Part shown: piece after piece, positions 1 to 9,076 of the stretch
Position numbering within the stretch: the first letter of the stretch is position 1
How the letters are laid out: each line of letters begins with the position of its first letter
Assembly: GCA_040376705.1 (NCBI GenBank)
Contig: JBEIQE010000005.1
Span: forward strand, 64,156 to 128,155
Direction of reading: 5' to 3'
DNA: 64,000 bases
Source of the DNA: Micavibrio sp.
GTDB taxonomy: Bacteria > Pseudomonadota > Alphaproteobacteria > UBA2400
Program-made: the position numbers and the translations under genes
The notes under the pieces: generated by a model
Databases searched by the model: none
What the model was told of the DNA's origin: nothing
What the model saw: the letters and a program-made list of their open reading frames with translations, nothing else

Positions 1-3000
1 AGAATGAGGGTATCGCTGCCACCGGCGAGGTTAATCGTACCCCCGGTGATCTGCGTACCAAGAGTCACCACATCGGCACTGCTGCCACCGGTGAGGGTCT
101 CGATGTTCTGCACCGTCAGGGTGTTGAGGAAGTTGCCCAAGGTCAGGCTGTCATTACCTGCGCCGAGGTCGATCGTACCGGTCGTCACCTGACTGCCCAG
201 CGTTACGATATCGCCCGAGGTACCACCGGTCAGGGTTTCCACATTGCTGACTGTCAGCGTGTTGAGGAAGTTGCCGAGGGTGAGCGTATCGTCGCCACCA
301 GCAAGGTTGATGCTGCCGCCCGAGATCTGGGTTGCCAGCGTTACGATATCAGTCGAGGAATTACCCAGGATCGATTCGACGTTAGAGGTCGTCAGCTCAT
401 TGGCGAAGTTGCCAAGGGTGAGGCGATCGCTACCGGCGCCAAGGTTGATGGTACCAGTCGTAATCGCGCTACCCAGCGTGACGTAGTCGGTTGCCGAAGC
501 GCCATTGATGGTTTCGACATTGGTGAGCGTGATGGTATTGGCAAACGCGCCGAGGGTGACGGTATCGTCGCCATCGCCGAGGTTGATGGTACCGCCCGAA
601 AGTGCCGCAGCGAAAGTAAGTGCATCGTTGCTGGTGCCGCCAGTGACAGTCTCAACACTTGTGAGGGTGAGGCTGTTGGCAAAGTCACCCAATACGAGCG
701 TATCGTTGCCCGAACCGAGGTTGATCGCACCAGTCATCGCCGTACCAACCGTAACCACATCGGTATTGCTACCGCCGGTCAGGCTTTCGATATTGGCAAT
801 TGTCAGCGTATTGGCTGAATTGTTGAGGGTAAGGCGATCGCTACCGCCAGCCAGATCAATCGTGCCGGTGGTGATGGCGGTGCTGAGTGTCACGACATCA
901 GCCGAGCTACCGCCGGTAAGGGTTTCAACACTGCCAACTGTAACGGTGTTGACGAAGTCGCCCAGCGTGAGCGTATCATCACCCGCGCCGAGGTTGATCG
1001 AGCCGTTGGTGAGGGCCGAGCTGACAGTCACGATATCGGCCGACGAGCCACCGATAACAGCTTCAACATTGTTGATGCTAAGGGTGTTGTCAAAGTTGCC
1101 CAGTACAAGCGTATCGTAACCGCTACCGAGGTTGACCGTTCCAGCCGTAATGGCGTTGGCGAAGGTCACACGGTCGGCCTGCGCGCCACCAGTGAGAGTC
1201 TCGACGTTATTAACAGTCAGCGTATTGGCGAAGGCGCCGAGGGTGAGCGTATCGTTACCTGCACCAAGGTTGATGGTACCGGTAGTAATGGCGCTACCCA
1301 GTGTTACGGCATCATCATCTGTACCGCCGGTGAGGTTTTCGACGCTCACAATGGTAAGCGTATTCACGAAGTCGCCCAGAATGAGCGTATCGGTGCCGCT
1401 GCCGAGGTTGACCGTGCCGGTTGTGATCTGGCTGCCCAGGGTCACGGTATCGGCCGAGTTGCCACCGGTGATGGTTTCGATATTTACGGTAGTGAGCGTG
1501 TTGGTAAATGCACCCAGTACCAGTGTGTCGGTGCCTGAGCCGAGATCCAGCGTACCCGCTGTAATCGCGTTGCCCAGCGTTACGGTGTCGTTGCTGTTAC
1601 CGCCCGTCAGTGTCTCGACGTTCGAAACAGTGAGGGTGTTGTTGAAGTTGCCCAGCACCAGCGTATCGGTACCCGCGCCGAGGTTGACGTTAACACCCGA
1701 AACGGCAGCGCCGAGAGTAACAACGTCGTCAGCCGTGCCGCCGACAACGCTCTCGACGTTGATAACCGTCACGCTGTTGGCGAAGTTGCCAAGCGTGAGA
1801 ATATCGCTGCCCGAGCCGAGGTTGAGCGTACCCGCAGTCACCTGACTGCCGAGAGTGACGATATCAGCCGAGTTACCGCCCGTCAGGGTTTCGATATCGG
1901 TGATGGTGAGTGTGTTGGCGGCATTGGCGAGGATGAGCGTATCATCGCCCGCACCGAGGCTGACGCTACCGCTGGTGATGGCGCCGCCAAGGGTCACCAC
2001 GTCATCAGCCGTACCACCATTGAGTGTTTCAACACTGATGATGGTGAGCGTGTTGTTAAAGTCAGCCAGTGTCAGGGTATCGCTGCCACCTGCCAGGTTC
2101 ACGGTACCGCCATTCATGCCGGTTGAGAGCGAGAGCACGTCATTGGCAGATGAGCCGAGGATGGTCTCGATATTGGCCAGCGTGAGAGTATTGGCGAAGT
2201 TACCCAATACGAGCGTGTCGTTACCCGAGCCAAGGTCGATGGTGCCTGCAGTAACCTGTGTACCGAGGGTTACAACATCGTCGCTGTTACCACCGGTCAC
2301 TGTTTCGATATTCGATACAGTGACGCTATTGGCGAAGTTACCCAATACGAGCGTATCGTCGCCGGCTGCAAGGTCGATCACACCGGTAACCTGCGAGCCG
2401 AGGGTGACTGTATCATCGCTGGCGTTACCGGTAACCGTCTCGATGTTCGAGAGGGTAACGGTGTTGGCGAAGTTGCCGAGCGTGAGGCGGTCAACACCTG
2501 CACCAAGGTCGATGGTACCAGCGGTAACGGCCGTACCCAGCGTGACGGTGTCCGAACCAGAGCCGCCAACCAGCGTTTCGACGTTGCTGACGGTCAGCGT
2601 GTTGGTGAAGGTCACCAGCGTGAGCGTATCGTTGCCCGAGCCGAGGTCGATGGTGCCAGTGGTGATCTGCGTACCTAGGGTAACGCTGTCGTCACTGGTG
2701 CCGCCAACGATGGTCTCAACGTTGAAGACGGTGAGGGTATTGGCAAAGTCGCCCAGCGTGAGCGTATCCGCTGCAGCGCCGAGGTCGACACGGCCACCGC
2801 TGATGGCAGTACCCAGCGTAACTGTATCGGCCGAGTTGCCGCCATAAACAGTTTCGATGTTGCTGGTCGTCACTGTATTGGCGAAGTTGCCGAGGTTGAG
2901 GCGATCGTTACCCGCTGCCAGATCGATGGTGCCGGTAGTCATGGCGCTGCCCAGAGTAACGGTGTCGTTACCCGTACCTGCGGTCAGTGTCTCAACGTTA

Positions 3001-6000
3001 CTTACGGTGAGCGAATTGTTGAAATCACCCAATACGAGCGTGTCATCGCCTGCGGCCAGATCAACCGTCATGCCCGAGGCTACTGCGCCCAAGGTTACAA
3101 CGTCATCGCTGGTGCCGCCGGTTACGGTCTCGATGGTGGTTACGGTTACCGAGTTGGTAAAGTCACCCAATACGAGCGTATCGAGGCCCGCACCGAGGCT
3201 GATGCTGCCCGAAGTGATGGCGCTGCCCAGGGTAACGGTGTCAGCCGAAGTACCGCCAACAATGCTCTCGACATTGGTAAGCGTTACGTTGTTGGCGAAG
3301 TTGCCAAGGGTAATGGTGTCAGTACCCGAGCCAAGGTCAATCGTGCCACTGGCGGCGCTGCCCAGAGTAACCGAGTCATCATCGGTACCACCGGTAATGG
3401 TCTCAACGTTCAGAACCGTCAGGCTGTTGGCGAAATCGCCCAGCGTAATGGTGTCATTCCCAAGGCCAAGATTGAAGGTACCCGCCGTAACAGCCGAGCT
3501 GAAGGCAAGCGTATCAGCCTGAGCACCGCCCATGACGCTTTCAATATTGGTCACAGTCAAGGTGTTGGTGAAGTTGCCAAGGGTCAGACGATCAGTGCCA
3601 GAGCCGAGGTCAATCGTGCCAGCCGTAATCGCTGTAGCCAGCGTCACCACATCGGCGCTGTTACCGCCAGTAAGGGTCTCAACATTGCTGACAGTAAGGG
3701 TGTTGACGAAGTTACCAAGGCTGAGCGTGTCATCGCCCGCGCCGAGGTTGATGCTGTAATTAATGGCAGCACTGCCAAGCGTCACTACATCGTCGCTGGT
3801 ACCACCAACAAGGGTTTCGATGTTGCTGGTTGTCAGTGTATTGGCAAAGTCACCCAGCGTGAGCGTATCTGCGCCGCCTGCAAGGTCAACCGTACCGGCT
3901 GTAATGGCTGAGCCCAAGGTTACGTTATCGCCTGCCGCTGCACCGGTAATGGTCTCGATGTTGGTGGCAGTCAGCGTGTTGTTGAAGTTGCCGAGTACGA
4001 GTGTGTCATCGCCCGAGCCGAGGTCGAGTGTACCAGCCGTAATCGCTGCCCCCAGGGTCACGGTATCATCATCCGTACCACCGGTGAGGGTTTCAACACT
4101 GGTTACGGTCAGGGTATTGGCCACATCATCGAGTACCAGCGTATCGTTGCCGGCGCCAAGGTTGACGCTACCGCCCGAGATGCTGCCCGAAATGGTCACC
4201 ACATCGGCCGAGCTGCCGCCAAGGACGCTCTCGATATTGGTTACAGTCAGGGTATTGACGAAGTTGCCAAGGGTCAGGCGGTCAGTGCCTGAGCCGAGGT
4301 CGAGCGTACCGGCTGTAATAGCCGAGCTAAGGGTGACCAGGTCTGAGCTGGTACCACCAATCAATGTCTTAACGTTGCTGACGGTCAGTGTGTTGGCAAA
4401 GTTGCCGAGTGTGAGTGTGTCATCGCCCGCACCGAGGTCAACACTGCCACCCGAGATGGCGGTGCCAAGGGTCACGGTATCATCCGACGTACCGCCAACA
4501 ATGCTTTCGATATTGGTGGTGGTCAGCGTATTGGCAAAGTCACCCAGCGTGAGGCGATCAACGCCCGCACCGAGGTTCAGTGTGCCGGTTGTAATCGCAT
4601 CGCCCAGCGTCACCGCATCGGCCAGCGAGTTACCGACAATGCTCTCGACGTTGGTAACTGTAAGGGTATTGGCAAAAGCACCGAGGGTAAGCACGTCATC
4701 GCCCGAGCCAAGGTCAATCGTACCAGCCGTAATGGCGGTACCGAGGGTCACGGTATCATCATCCGTACCGCCAACCAGTGTTTCGACACTGGCGATGGTG
4801 AGGGTATTGGCCACATCATCAAGCGTGAGCGTATCGTTGCCCGAGCCGAGGTTGATGCTGCCGCCCGAGATGGCACCCGAGATGGTCACAACATCATCAC
4901 TGTTACCACCGACAACACTTTCGATGTTGGTGACGGTCAGGGTATTGGCGAAATTGCCAAGGGTCAGACGGTCGGTACCTGAGCCGAGATCCAGCGTACC
5001 TGTTGTAATGGCCGAGCCGAGGGTCACGAGGTCGGCAGAGGTGCCGCCGGTGAGGGTCTCGACATTCGAAACCGTAAGGGTATTGGCAAAATCACCCAGT
5101 GTGAGGGTATCGTCGCCCGCACCAAGATTGATGTTACCACCCGAGATGGCGGTGCCCACAGTCACCACATCATCACTGGTGCCGCCCATAACGCTTTCGG
5201 TGTTGGTGACGGTCAGCGTATTGGCAAAGTCGCCCAGCGTGAGGCGATCGGTGCCTGCGCCAAGGTTAACTGTGCCGGTTGTAATGGCCGTGCCCAGAGT
5301 AATGTAATCAGCGCCTGAACCACCCACGAGTGTTTCGACGTTCGAAACAGTCACGGTGTTAGAGAAGGTTACGAATGTCAGCGTATCGTCGCCCGAGCCG
5401 AGGTCGATGGTGCCGGTTGTTACCTGCGTACCCAGGGTTACCGAGTCATCATCGCTGCCGCCATTAAGGGTTTCGACGTTAAAGACCGTCAGCGTATTGG
5501 CAAAGTCGCCCAGCGTGAGGGTATCGGTACCTGAGCCGAGGTCAACACGGCCACCCGAGATGGCAGCGCCAAGCGTAACCACATCGCTTGAAGTACCGCC
5601 CATAACGGTTTCGGCATTCGAGGCAGTAACAGTATTGGCAAAGTTGCCAAGGGTGAGGCGGTCAAGCGCGCCATCGCCAAGGTCAATCGTACCAGTCGTT
5701 ACAGCTGTGCCGAGCACAACGAGGTCGGTTGAAGTGCCGCCGGTCAACGTCTCGACGTTGAGCACGGTTACGTTATTGGCAAAATCGCCCAGCGTCAGGG
5801 TATCATCACCTGCGCCAAGGTTCACGGTGCCGGTAATGGCAGCGCCTACGGTCACTACATCATCGCTGGTGCCGCCGGTTACGGTTTCGATGCTCTGCAC
5901 CGTCAGGCTGTTGGCAAAATCACCCAATACGAGCGTATCGTTGCCTGAACCGAGGTTGAGCGTGCCTGCTGTAATGGCTGTAGCCAGTGTTACGGTATCG

Positions 6001-8700
6001 GCGGATATACCGCCAGTGATGGTCTCGACGTTCGAAACGGTAAGGCTGTTGATGAAGTTGCCAAGCACGACAGTATCGTCGCCCGAGCCAAGATCGAAGT
6101 GACCGCCGGCAGCCTGCGCCGTCAGGGTGATCACATCATCGCCGGTGCCGCCCACAACGCTCTCTACGTTGCGTACGCTCACGGCATTGGCTGCGCCATC
6201 GGCCAGCGTCAGCACGTCGGCGCCGCTGCCAAGGTCAACACTTACATCAGTTACTGCTGCGCTAAGGGTAACAAGGTCAACACCCGTACCACCACGCACA
6301 CTCTCAACCGATGTAACAGTGAGGGTATTGGTGAAGTTACCAAGAATGAGCGTATCTGCGCCGCTGCCCAGATCAATCGTGCCAGAACTGATGGCATCGC
6401 CCAGTGTCACGGTATCGGCTGAATCGCCACCCGTGAGGGTTTCAACACCGGTTACGGTAAGTGTATTCACAAAGTCGCCGAGCGTGAGCGTGTCATCGCC
6501 CGCGCCAAGGTTAACCGAGCCACCTGAAATGGCAGCGCCAAGCGTCACCACATCATCGCTGGTGCCACCAGTGACGGTTTCGATGCTCTGGGTTGTTACG
6601 CTGTTGGCGAAATCACCCAATACGAGTGTATCGTTGCCACCACCGAGGTTGACGGTGCCAGCTGTAATTTGGGTTGCGAGAACCACGCGGTCAGTCGAGC
6701 TGCCGCCGGTAATGGTTTCGGTGTTCGAGAGCGTGATGGTGTTGTTGAAGTTGCCAAGAGTAACGGTGTCATCACCCGAGCCGAGGTCGAAGCTGCCCGC
6801 TGTAACTTGTGCACCCATCACGACGACGTCGTCACCAGTACCACCGGTGAGAGTCTCGATACCATTGATGGTAACGGTATTGGCAAAGTCGCCCAGTGTC
6901 AGTGTATCTGTACCGCCACCAAGGTTGATGTTACCCGCGCTCAGTTGCGTGGTAACGGTCACAATATCGTCGCCGCCGTTAGCAGCCACAGTCTCGACAT
7001 TCGCAACACTTACGGTGTTGTTGAAACTGCCAAGCGTAAGCGTATCTGCGCCGGAGCCAAGATCGATGGTGCCTGCAGTAACCTGCGTGCCCAGACGGAT
7101 GCTATCGGCACTATCGCCACCCGTGAGGGTTTCAACATTGCTGACAGTAAGCGAGTTTACGAAGTCACCCAATACGAGCGTGTCGTCGCCTGCACCAAGG
7201 TTCACAGCGCCAACCGACATGGCGGTGCCCAGCGTGACGACGTCATCGCTGGTACCACCGGTTACGGTTTCGATATTCGAGAGGGTAACGCTATTGGCAA
7301 AGTCGCCCAGCGTGAGGCGGTCTGTACCGGCGGCAAGGTCGATAGTGCCAGAGGTAACAGCTGTGCCCAGCGTAATGTTATCTGAACCCGAGCCACCCAC
7401 GATTGTTTCAACATTCGAAACCGTAACCGTGTTGGTGAAGGTCACGAAAGTAAGGGTGTCATCGCCCGAGCCAAGGTCGATGGTGCCACCGGTCACCTGC
7501 GTGCGCAGAGTGACGCTGTCGTCGGATGTACCGCCAACAATGGTTTCGACATTAAAGACGCTTACGCTGTTGGCAAAATCGCCAAGGGTAAGGGTATCAT
7601 CGCCACCAGCAAGGTTAACCGTGCCGTTGATGGCATCGCCCAGCGTTACAGTATCGTTCGATGAATTACCGACGATGCTTTCGATGCCGGTAAGAGTAAC
7701 CGTATTGGTGAAGTTGCCGAGCGTGATACGGTCGGTACCCGAGCCAAGGTCAATCGTGCCAGCAGTTACTGCTGTGCCAAGGGTGACAACATCGTCGGAT
7801 GTACCGCCAACCAGTGTTTCAACATTGCTGACTGTAAGCGTATTGGCAAAGTCGCCCAGTGTCAGTGTGTCATCGCCACCTGCAAGGTCAAAGCGACCGC
7901 TGGCAACAGCCGAGCCCAGTGTAACGATATCATCGCTCGCATCGCCAACGATGCTTTCAATGTTGGTGGTAGTCAGCGTGTTGGCAAAGGCACCAAGGGT
8001 GAGGACGTCAACACCAGAGCCCAGGTCGAGGGTACCCGTGGTAATGGCATCGCCCAGCGTGACGAGGTCAGCACTATTTCCGCCCACCAGTGTTTCAACA
8101 CCAATAACAGTGAGCGTGTTGACGAAGTTGCCAAGGGTGAGTGTGTCATCGCCCGAGCCGAGGTCGAGCGTAATGCCAGCTGCCGCTGTGCCAAGGGTGA
8201 TCGAGTCGTCCGATGTACCGGCAACCAGTGTCTCAACGTTCGAAAGGGTTACGGTATTGGCAAGGTCAGCCAGAGTAAGCGTATCGCTACCGGCGCCAAG
8301 ATTAACACTGCCGTCCATGGCCGTGCTTACAGTTACTGTATCGGCACCGCTTACACCAACGATGCTTTCGATATTCGCTGTCGTTACGCTGTTGGCAAAA
8401 TCACCAAGGGTGAGAACGTCGTTACCCGAACCGAGATCGAGTGTACCGCTGGTGATGGCTGTGCCCAGTGTTACGCTGTCGTTATCGGTACCGCCAACAA
8501 TGGTATCGGCATTTGAAACAGTGAGGTTGTTGACGAAGTCGCCAAGCGTAAGTACATCGCCGCCACCGCCGAGATTATAGGTGCCGTTTACAACTGCGGT
8601 AGAAACAGTGATGAGGTCGGCGCTGGCACCGCCGGTGAAGGTCTCGACACCCGAGATGGTGACGGTATTGTCGGCGTTGCCTAATGTGAGCGTGTCGTTA
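1..8700. repeat. tandem array of ~144-bp degenerate coding repeats (about 60 copies) within the giant gene
   Basis: Periodic recurrence of ...accctcac/ggtgatggt..gttgccaa.gt-type motifs every ~144 bp on the plus strand. Corresponds to the 48-aa protein repeat. Copies are diverged, not identical. Confidence 0.75.
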
Positions 8701-8840
8701 CCCGCCCCGAGGTTAATGGTTGCCGCGGTGAGCGATTCAGTGACGGTGATTACGTCAGCGCCCGATCCGGTTGTCAGCGAGTCGAAGGTAGTGAAAGTGC
8801 CTTCGTTGTTGCCATTGCCCAGCGTAATATCGACAGCCAT
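1..8840 (-). CDS. giant repetitive secreted/surface protein (N-terminal >2,940 aa; partial, C-terminus lies beyond window start); candidate T1SS-type adhesin/large repetitive protein
   Basis: Reverse-complement translation from ATG (complement of cat at ~8838-8840) gives MAVDITLGNGNNEGTFTTFDSLTTGSGADVITVTESLTAATINLGAGNDTLTLGN..., then ~60 degenerate tandem repeats of ~48 aa. Consensus approx DTLTLGDFANTLTVSNVETLTGGTSDDVVTLGTAITAGTIDLGSG. The same frame at the window start reads ...LTLGNFLNTLTVQNIETLTGGSSADVVTLGTQITGGTINLAGGSDT. No minus-strand ORF with a stop is listed in this interval, consistent with one open frame running off the edge. Gly/Thr/Asp/Leu-rich beta-roll/beta-helix-like composition. 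Long plus-strand ORFs here (Pro/Arg/Ser/Val-rich) are the antisense artefact. Family not assignable by eye. Confidence 0.8.
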   Translation of the reverse strand, partial: MAVDITLGNGNNEGTFTTFDSLTTGSGADVITVTESLTAATINLGAGNDTLTLGNADNTVTISGVETFTGGASADLITVSTAVVNGTYNLGGGGDVLTLGDFVNNLTVSNADTIVGGTDNDSVTLGTAITSGTLDLGSGNDVLTLGDFANSVTTANIESIVGVSGADTVTVSTAMDGSVNLGAGSDTLTLADLANTVTLSNVETLVAGTSDDSITLGTAAAGITLDLGSGDDTLTLGNFVNTLTVIGVETLVGGNSADLVTLGDAITTGTLDLGSGVDVLTLGAFANTLTTTNIESIVGDASDDIVTLGSAVASGRFDLAGGDDTLTLGDFANTLTVSNVETLVGGTSDDVVTLGTAVTAGTIDLGSGTDRITLGNFTNTVTLTGIESIVGNSSNDTVTLGDAINGTVNLAGGDDTLTLGDFANSVSVFNVETIVGGTSDDSVTLRTQVTGGTIDLGSGDDTLTFVTFTNTVTVSNVETIVGGSGSDNITLGTAVTSGTIDLAAGTDRLTLGDFANSVTLSNIETVTGGTSDDVVTLGTAMSVGAVNLGAGDDTLVLGDFVNSLTVSNVETLTGGDSADSIRLGTQVTAGTIDLGSGADTLTLGSFNNTVSVANVETVAANGGDDIVTVTTQLSAGNINLGGGTDTLTLGDFANTVTINGIETLTGGTGDDVVVMGAQVTAGSFDLGSGDDTVTLGNFNNTITLSNTETITGGSSTDRVVLATQITAGTVNLGGGNDTLVLGDFANSVTTQSIETVTGGTSDDVVTLGAAISGGSVNLGAGDDTLTLGDFVNTLTVTGVETLTGGDSADTVTLGDAISSGTIDLGSGADTLILGNFTNTLTVTSVESVRGGTGVDLVTLSAAVTDVSVDLGSGADVLTLADGAANAVSVRNVESVVGGTGDDVITLTAQAAGGHFDLGSGDDTVVLGNFINSLTVSNVETITGGISADTVTLATAITAGTLNLGSGNDTLVLGDFANSLTVQSIETVTGGTSDDVVTVGAAITGTVNLGAGDDTLTLGDFANNVTVLNVETLTGGTSTDLVVLGTAVTTGTIDLGDGALDRLTLGNFANTVTASNAETVMGGTSSDVVTLGAAISGGRVDLGSGTDTLTLGDFANTLTVFNVETLNGGSDDDSVTLGTQVTTGTIDLGSGDDTLTFVTFSNTVTVSNVETLVGGSGADYITLGTAITTGTVNLGAGTDRLTLGDFANTLTVTNTESVMGGTSDDVVTVGTAISGGNINLGAGDDTLTLGDFANTLTVSNVETLTGGTSADLVTLGSAITTGTLDLGSGTDRLTLGNFANTLTVTNIESVVGGNSDDVVTISGAISGGSINLGSGNDTLTLDDVANTLTIASVETLVGGTDDDTVTLGTAITAGTIDLGSGDDVLTLGAFANTLTVTNVESIVGNSLADAVTLGDAITTGTLNLGAGVDRLTLGDFANTLTTTNIESIVGGTSDDTVTLGTAISGGSVDLGAGDDTLTLGNFANTLTVSNVKTLIGGTSSDLVTLSSAITAGTLDLGSGTDRLTLGNFVNTLTVTNIESVLGGSSADVVTISGSISGGSVNLGAGNDTLVLDDVANTLTVTSVETLTGGTDDDTVTLGAAITAGTLDLGSGDDTLVLGNFNNTLTATNIETITGAAAGDNVTLGSAITAGTVDLAGGADTLTLGDFANTLTTSNIETLVGGTSDDVVTLGSAAINYSINLGAGDDTLSLGNFVNTLTVSNVETLTGGNSADVVTLATAITAGTIDLGSGTDRLTLGNFTNTLTVTNIESVMGGAQADTLAFSSAVTAGTFNLGLGNDTITLGDFANSLTVLNVETITGGTDDDSVTLGSAASGTIDLGSGTDTITLGNFANNVTLTNVESIVGGTSADTVTLGSAITSGSISLGAGLDTLVLGDFTNSVTVTTIETVTGGTSDDVVTLGAVASGMTVDLAAGDDTLVLGDFNNSLTVSNVETLTAGTGNDTVTLGSAMTTGTIDLAAGNDRLNLGNFANTVTTSNIETVYGGNSADTVTLGTAISGGRVDLGAAADTLTLGDFANTLTVFNVETIVGGTSDDSVTLGTQITTGTIDLGSGNDTLTLVTFTNTLTVSNVETLVGGSGSDTVTLGTAVTAGTIDLGAGVDRLTLGNFANTVTLSNIETVTGNASDDTVTLGSQVTGVIDLAAGDDTLVLGNFANSVTVSNIETVTGGNSDDVVTLGTQVTAGTIDLGSGNDTLVLGNFANTLTLANIETILGSSANDVLSLSTGMNGGTVNLAGGSDTLTLADFNNTLTIISVETLNGGTADDVVTLGGAITSGSVSLGAGDDTLILANAANTLTITDIETLTGGNSADIVTLGSQVTAGTLNLGSGSDILTLGNFANSVTVINVESVVGGTADDVVTLGAAVSGVNVNLGAGTDTLVLGNFNNTLTVSNVETLTGGNSNDTVTLGNAITAGTLDLGSGTDTLVLGAFTNTLTTVNIETITGGNSADTVTLGSQITTGTVNLGSGTDTLILGDFVNTLTIVSVENLTGGTDDDAVTLGSAITTGTINLGAGNDTLTLGAFANTLTVNNVETLTGGAQADRVTFANAITAGTVNLGSGYDTLVLGNFDNTLSINNVEAVIGGSSADIVTVSSALTNGSINLGAGDDTLTLGDFVNTVTVGSVETLTGGSSADVVTLSTAITTGTIDLAGGSDRLTLNNSANTLTIANIESLTGGSNTDVVTVGTAMTGAINLGSGNDTLVLGDFANSLTLTSVETVTGGTSNDALTFAAALSGGTINLGDGDDTVTLGAFANTITLTNVETINGASATDYVTLGSAITTGTINLGAGSDRLTLGNFANELTTSNVESILGNSSTDIVTLATQISGGSINLAGGDDTLTLGNFLNTLTVSNVETLTGGTSGDIVTLGSQVTTGTIDLGAGNDSLTLGNFLNTLTVQNIETLTGGSSADVVTLGTQITGGTINLAGGSDTLI

Positions 8841-9076
8841 AATTTTTACCCCTGAAACCAGGTTGATGCCCACCTACATGGTGGACATTCGTTTAATAAG
8901 GTTAACAGATGTTTAAATTTGCGCCAGTCGGTAATATTTACTTTTACCCTACGTAATGTATTAACGTAGAAGAAAGTGTAACAAAACTGCCGTGTTCGAG
9001 CGATATTAACATGTATATCTAAGCAGGTTAGGGTAGTCTCCTGAGGCCGCGTGTTAATACTTAGAAGGGGCGCTTC
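8841..9076. promoter_or_regulatory. AT-rich divergent promoter region between giant repeat gene (-) and manC (+); contains imperfect inverted repeat CTACGTAAtgtatTAACGTAG at ~8949-8969
   Basis: Marked drop in GC relative to flanks. Divergent start codons on either side. GAAGGGG Shine-Dalgarno about 8 nt before manC ATG at 9077. Confidence 0.4.

Noticed and set aside
8815-8841. Suspected frameshift in a G/C homopolymer 8 codons into the giant gene
   Set aside because: On re-reading, the run is CCC (not CCCC). The minus-strand frame is continuous from the ATG (MAVDITLGNGNNEG...), consistent with the plus-strand track ORF 8581-8916 translation ...LPLPSVIS.... No frameshift.
4-8916. Chain of long plus-strand ORFs (4-192, 244-486, 505-1119, 1132-1845, 1855-2847, 2857-3522, 3763-5307, 5356-6102, 6127-8580, 8581-8916) and 6669-7385
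   Set aside because: Their Pro/Arg/Ser/Val-rich, low-complexity translations (VTVSSPAPRLMVP...) are typical antisense frames of a high-GC repeat gene. The minus strand gives a coherent Gly/Thr/Asp/Leu repeat protein with a proper ATG, Shine-Dalgarno context and upstream AT-rich promoter.
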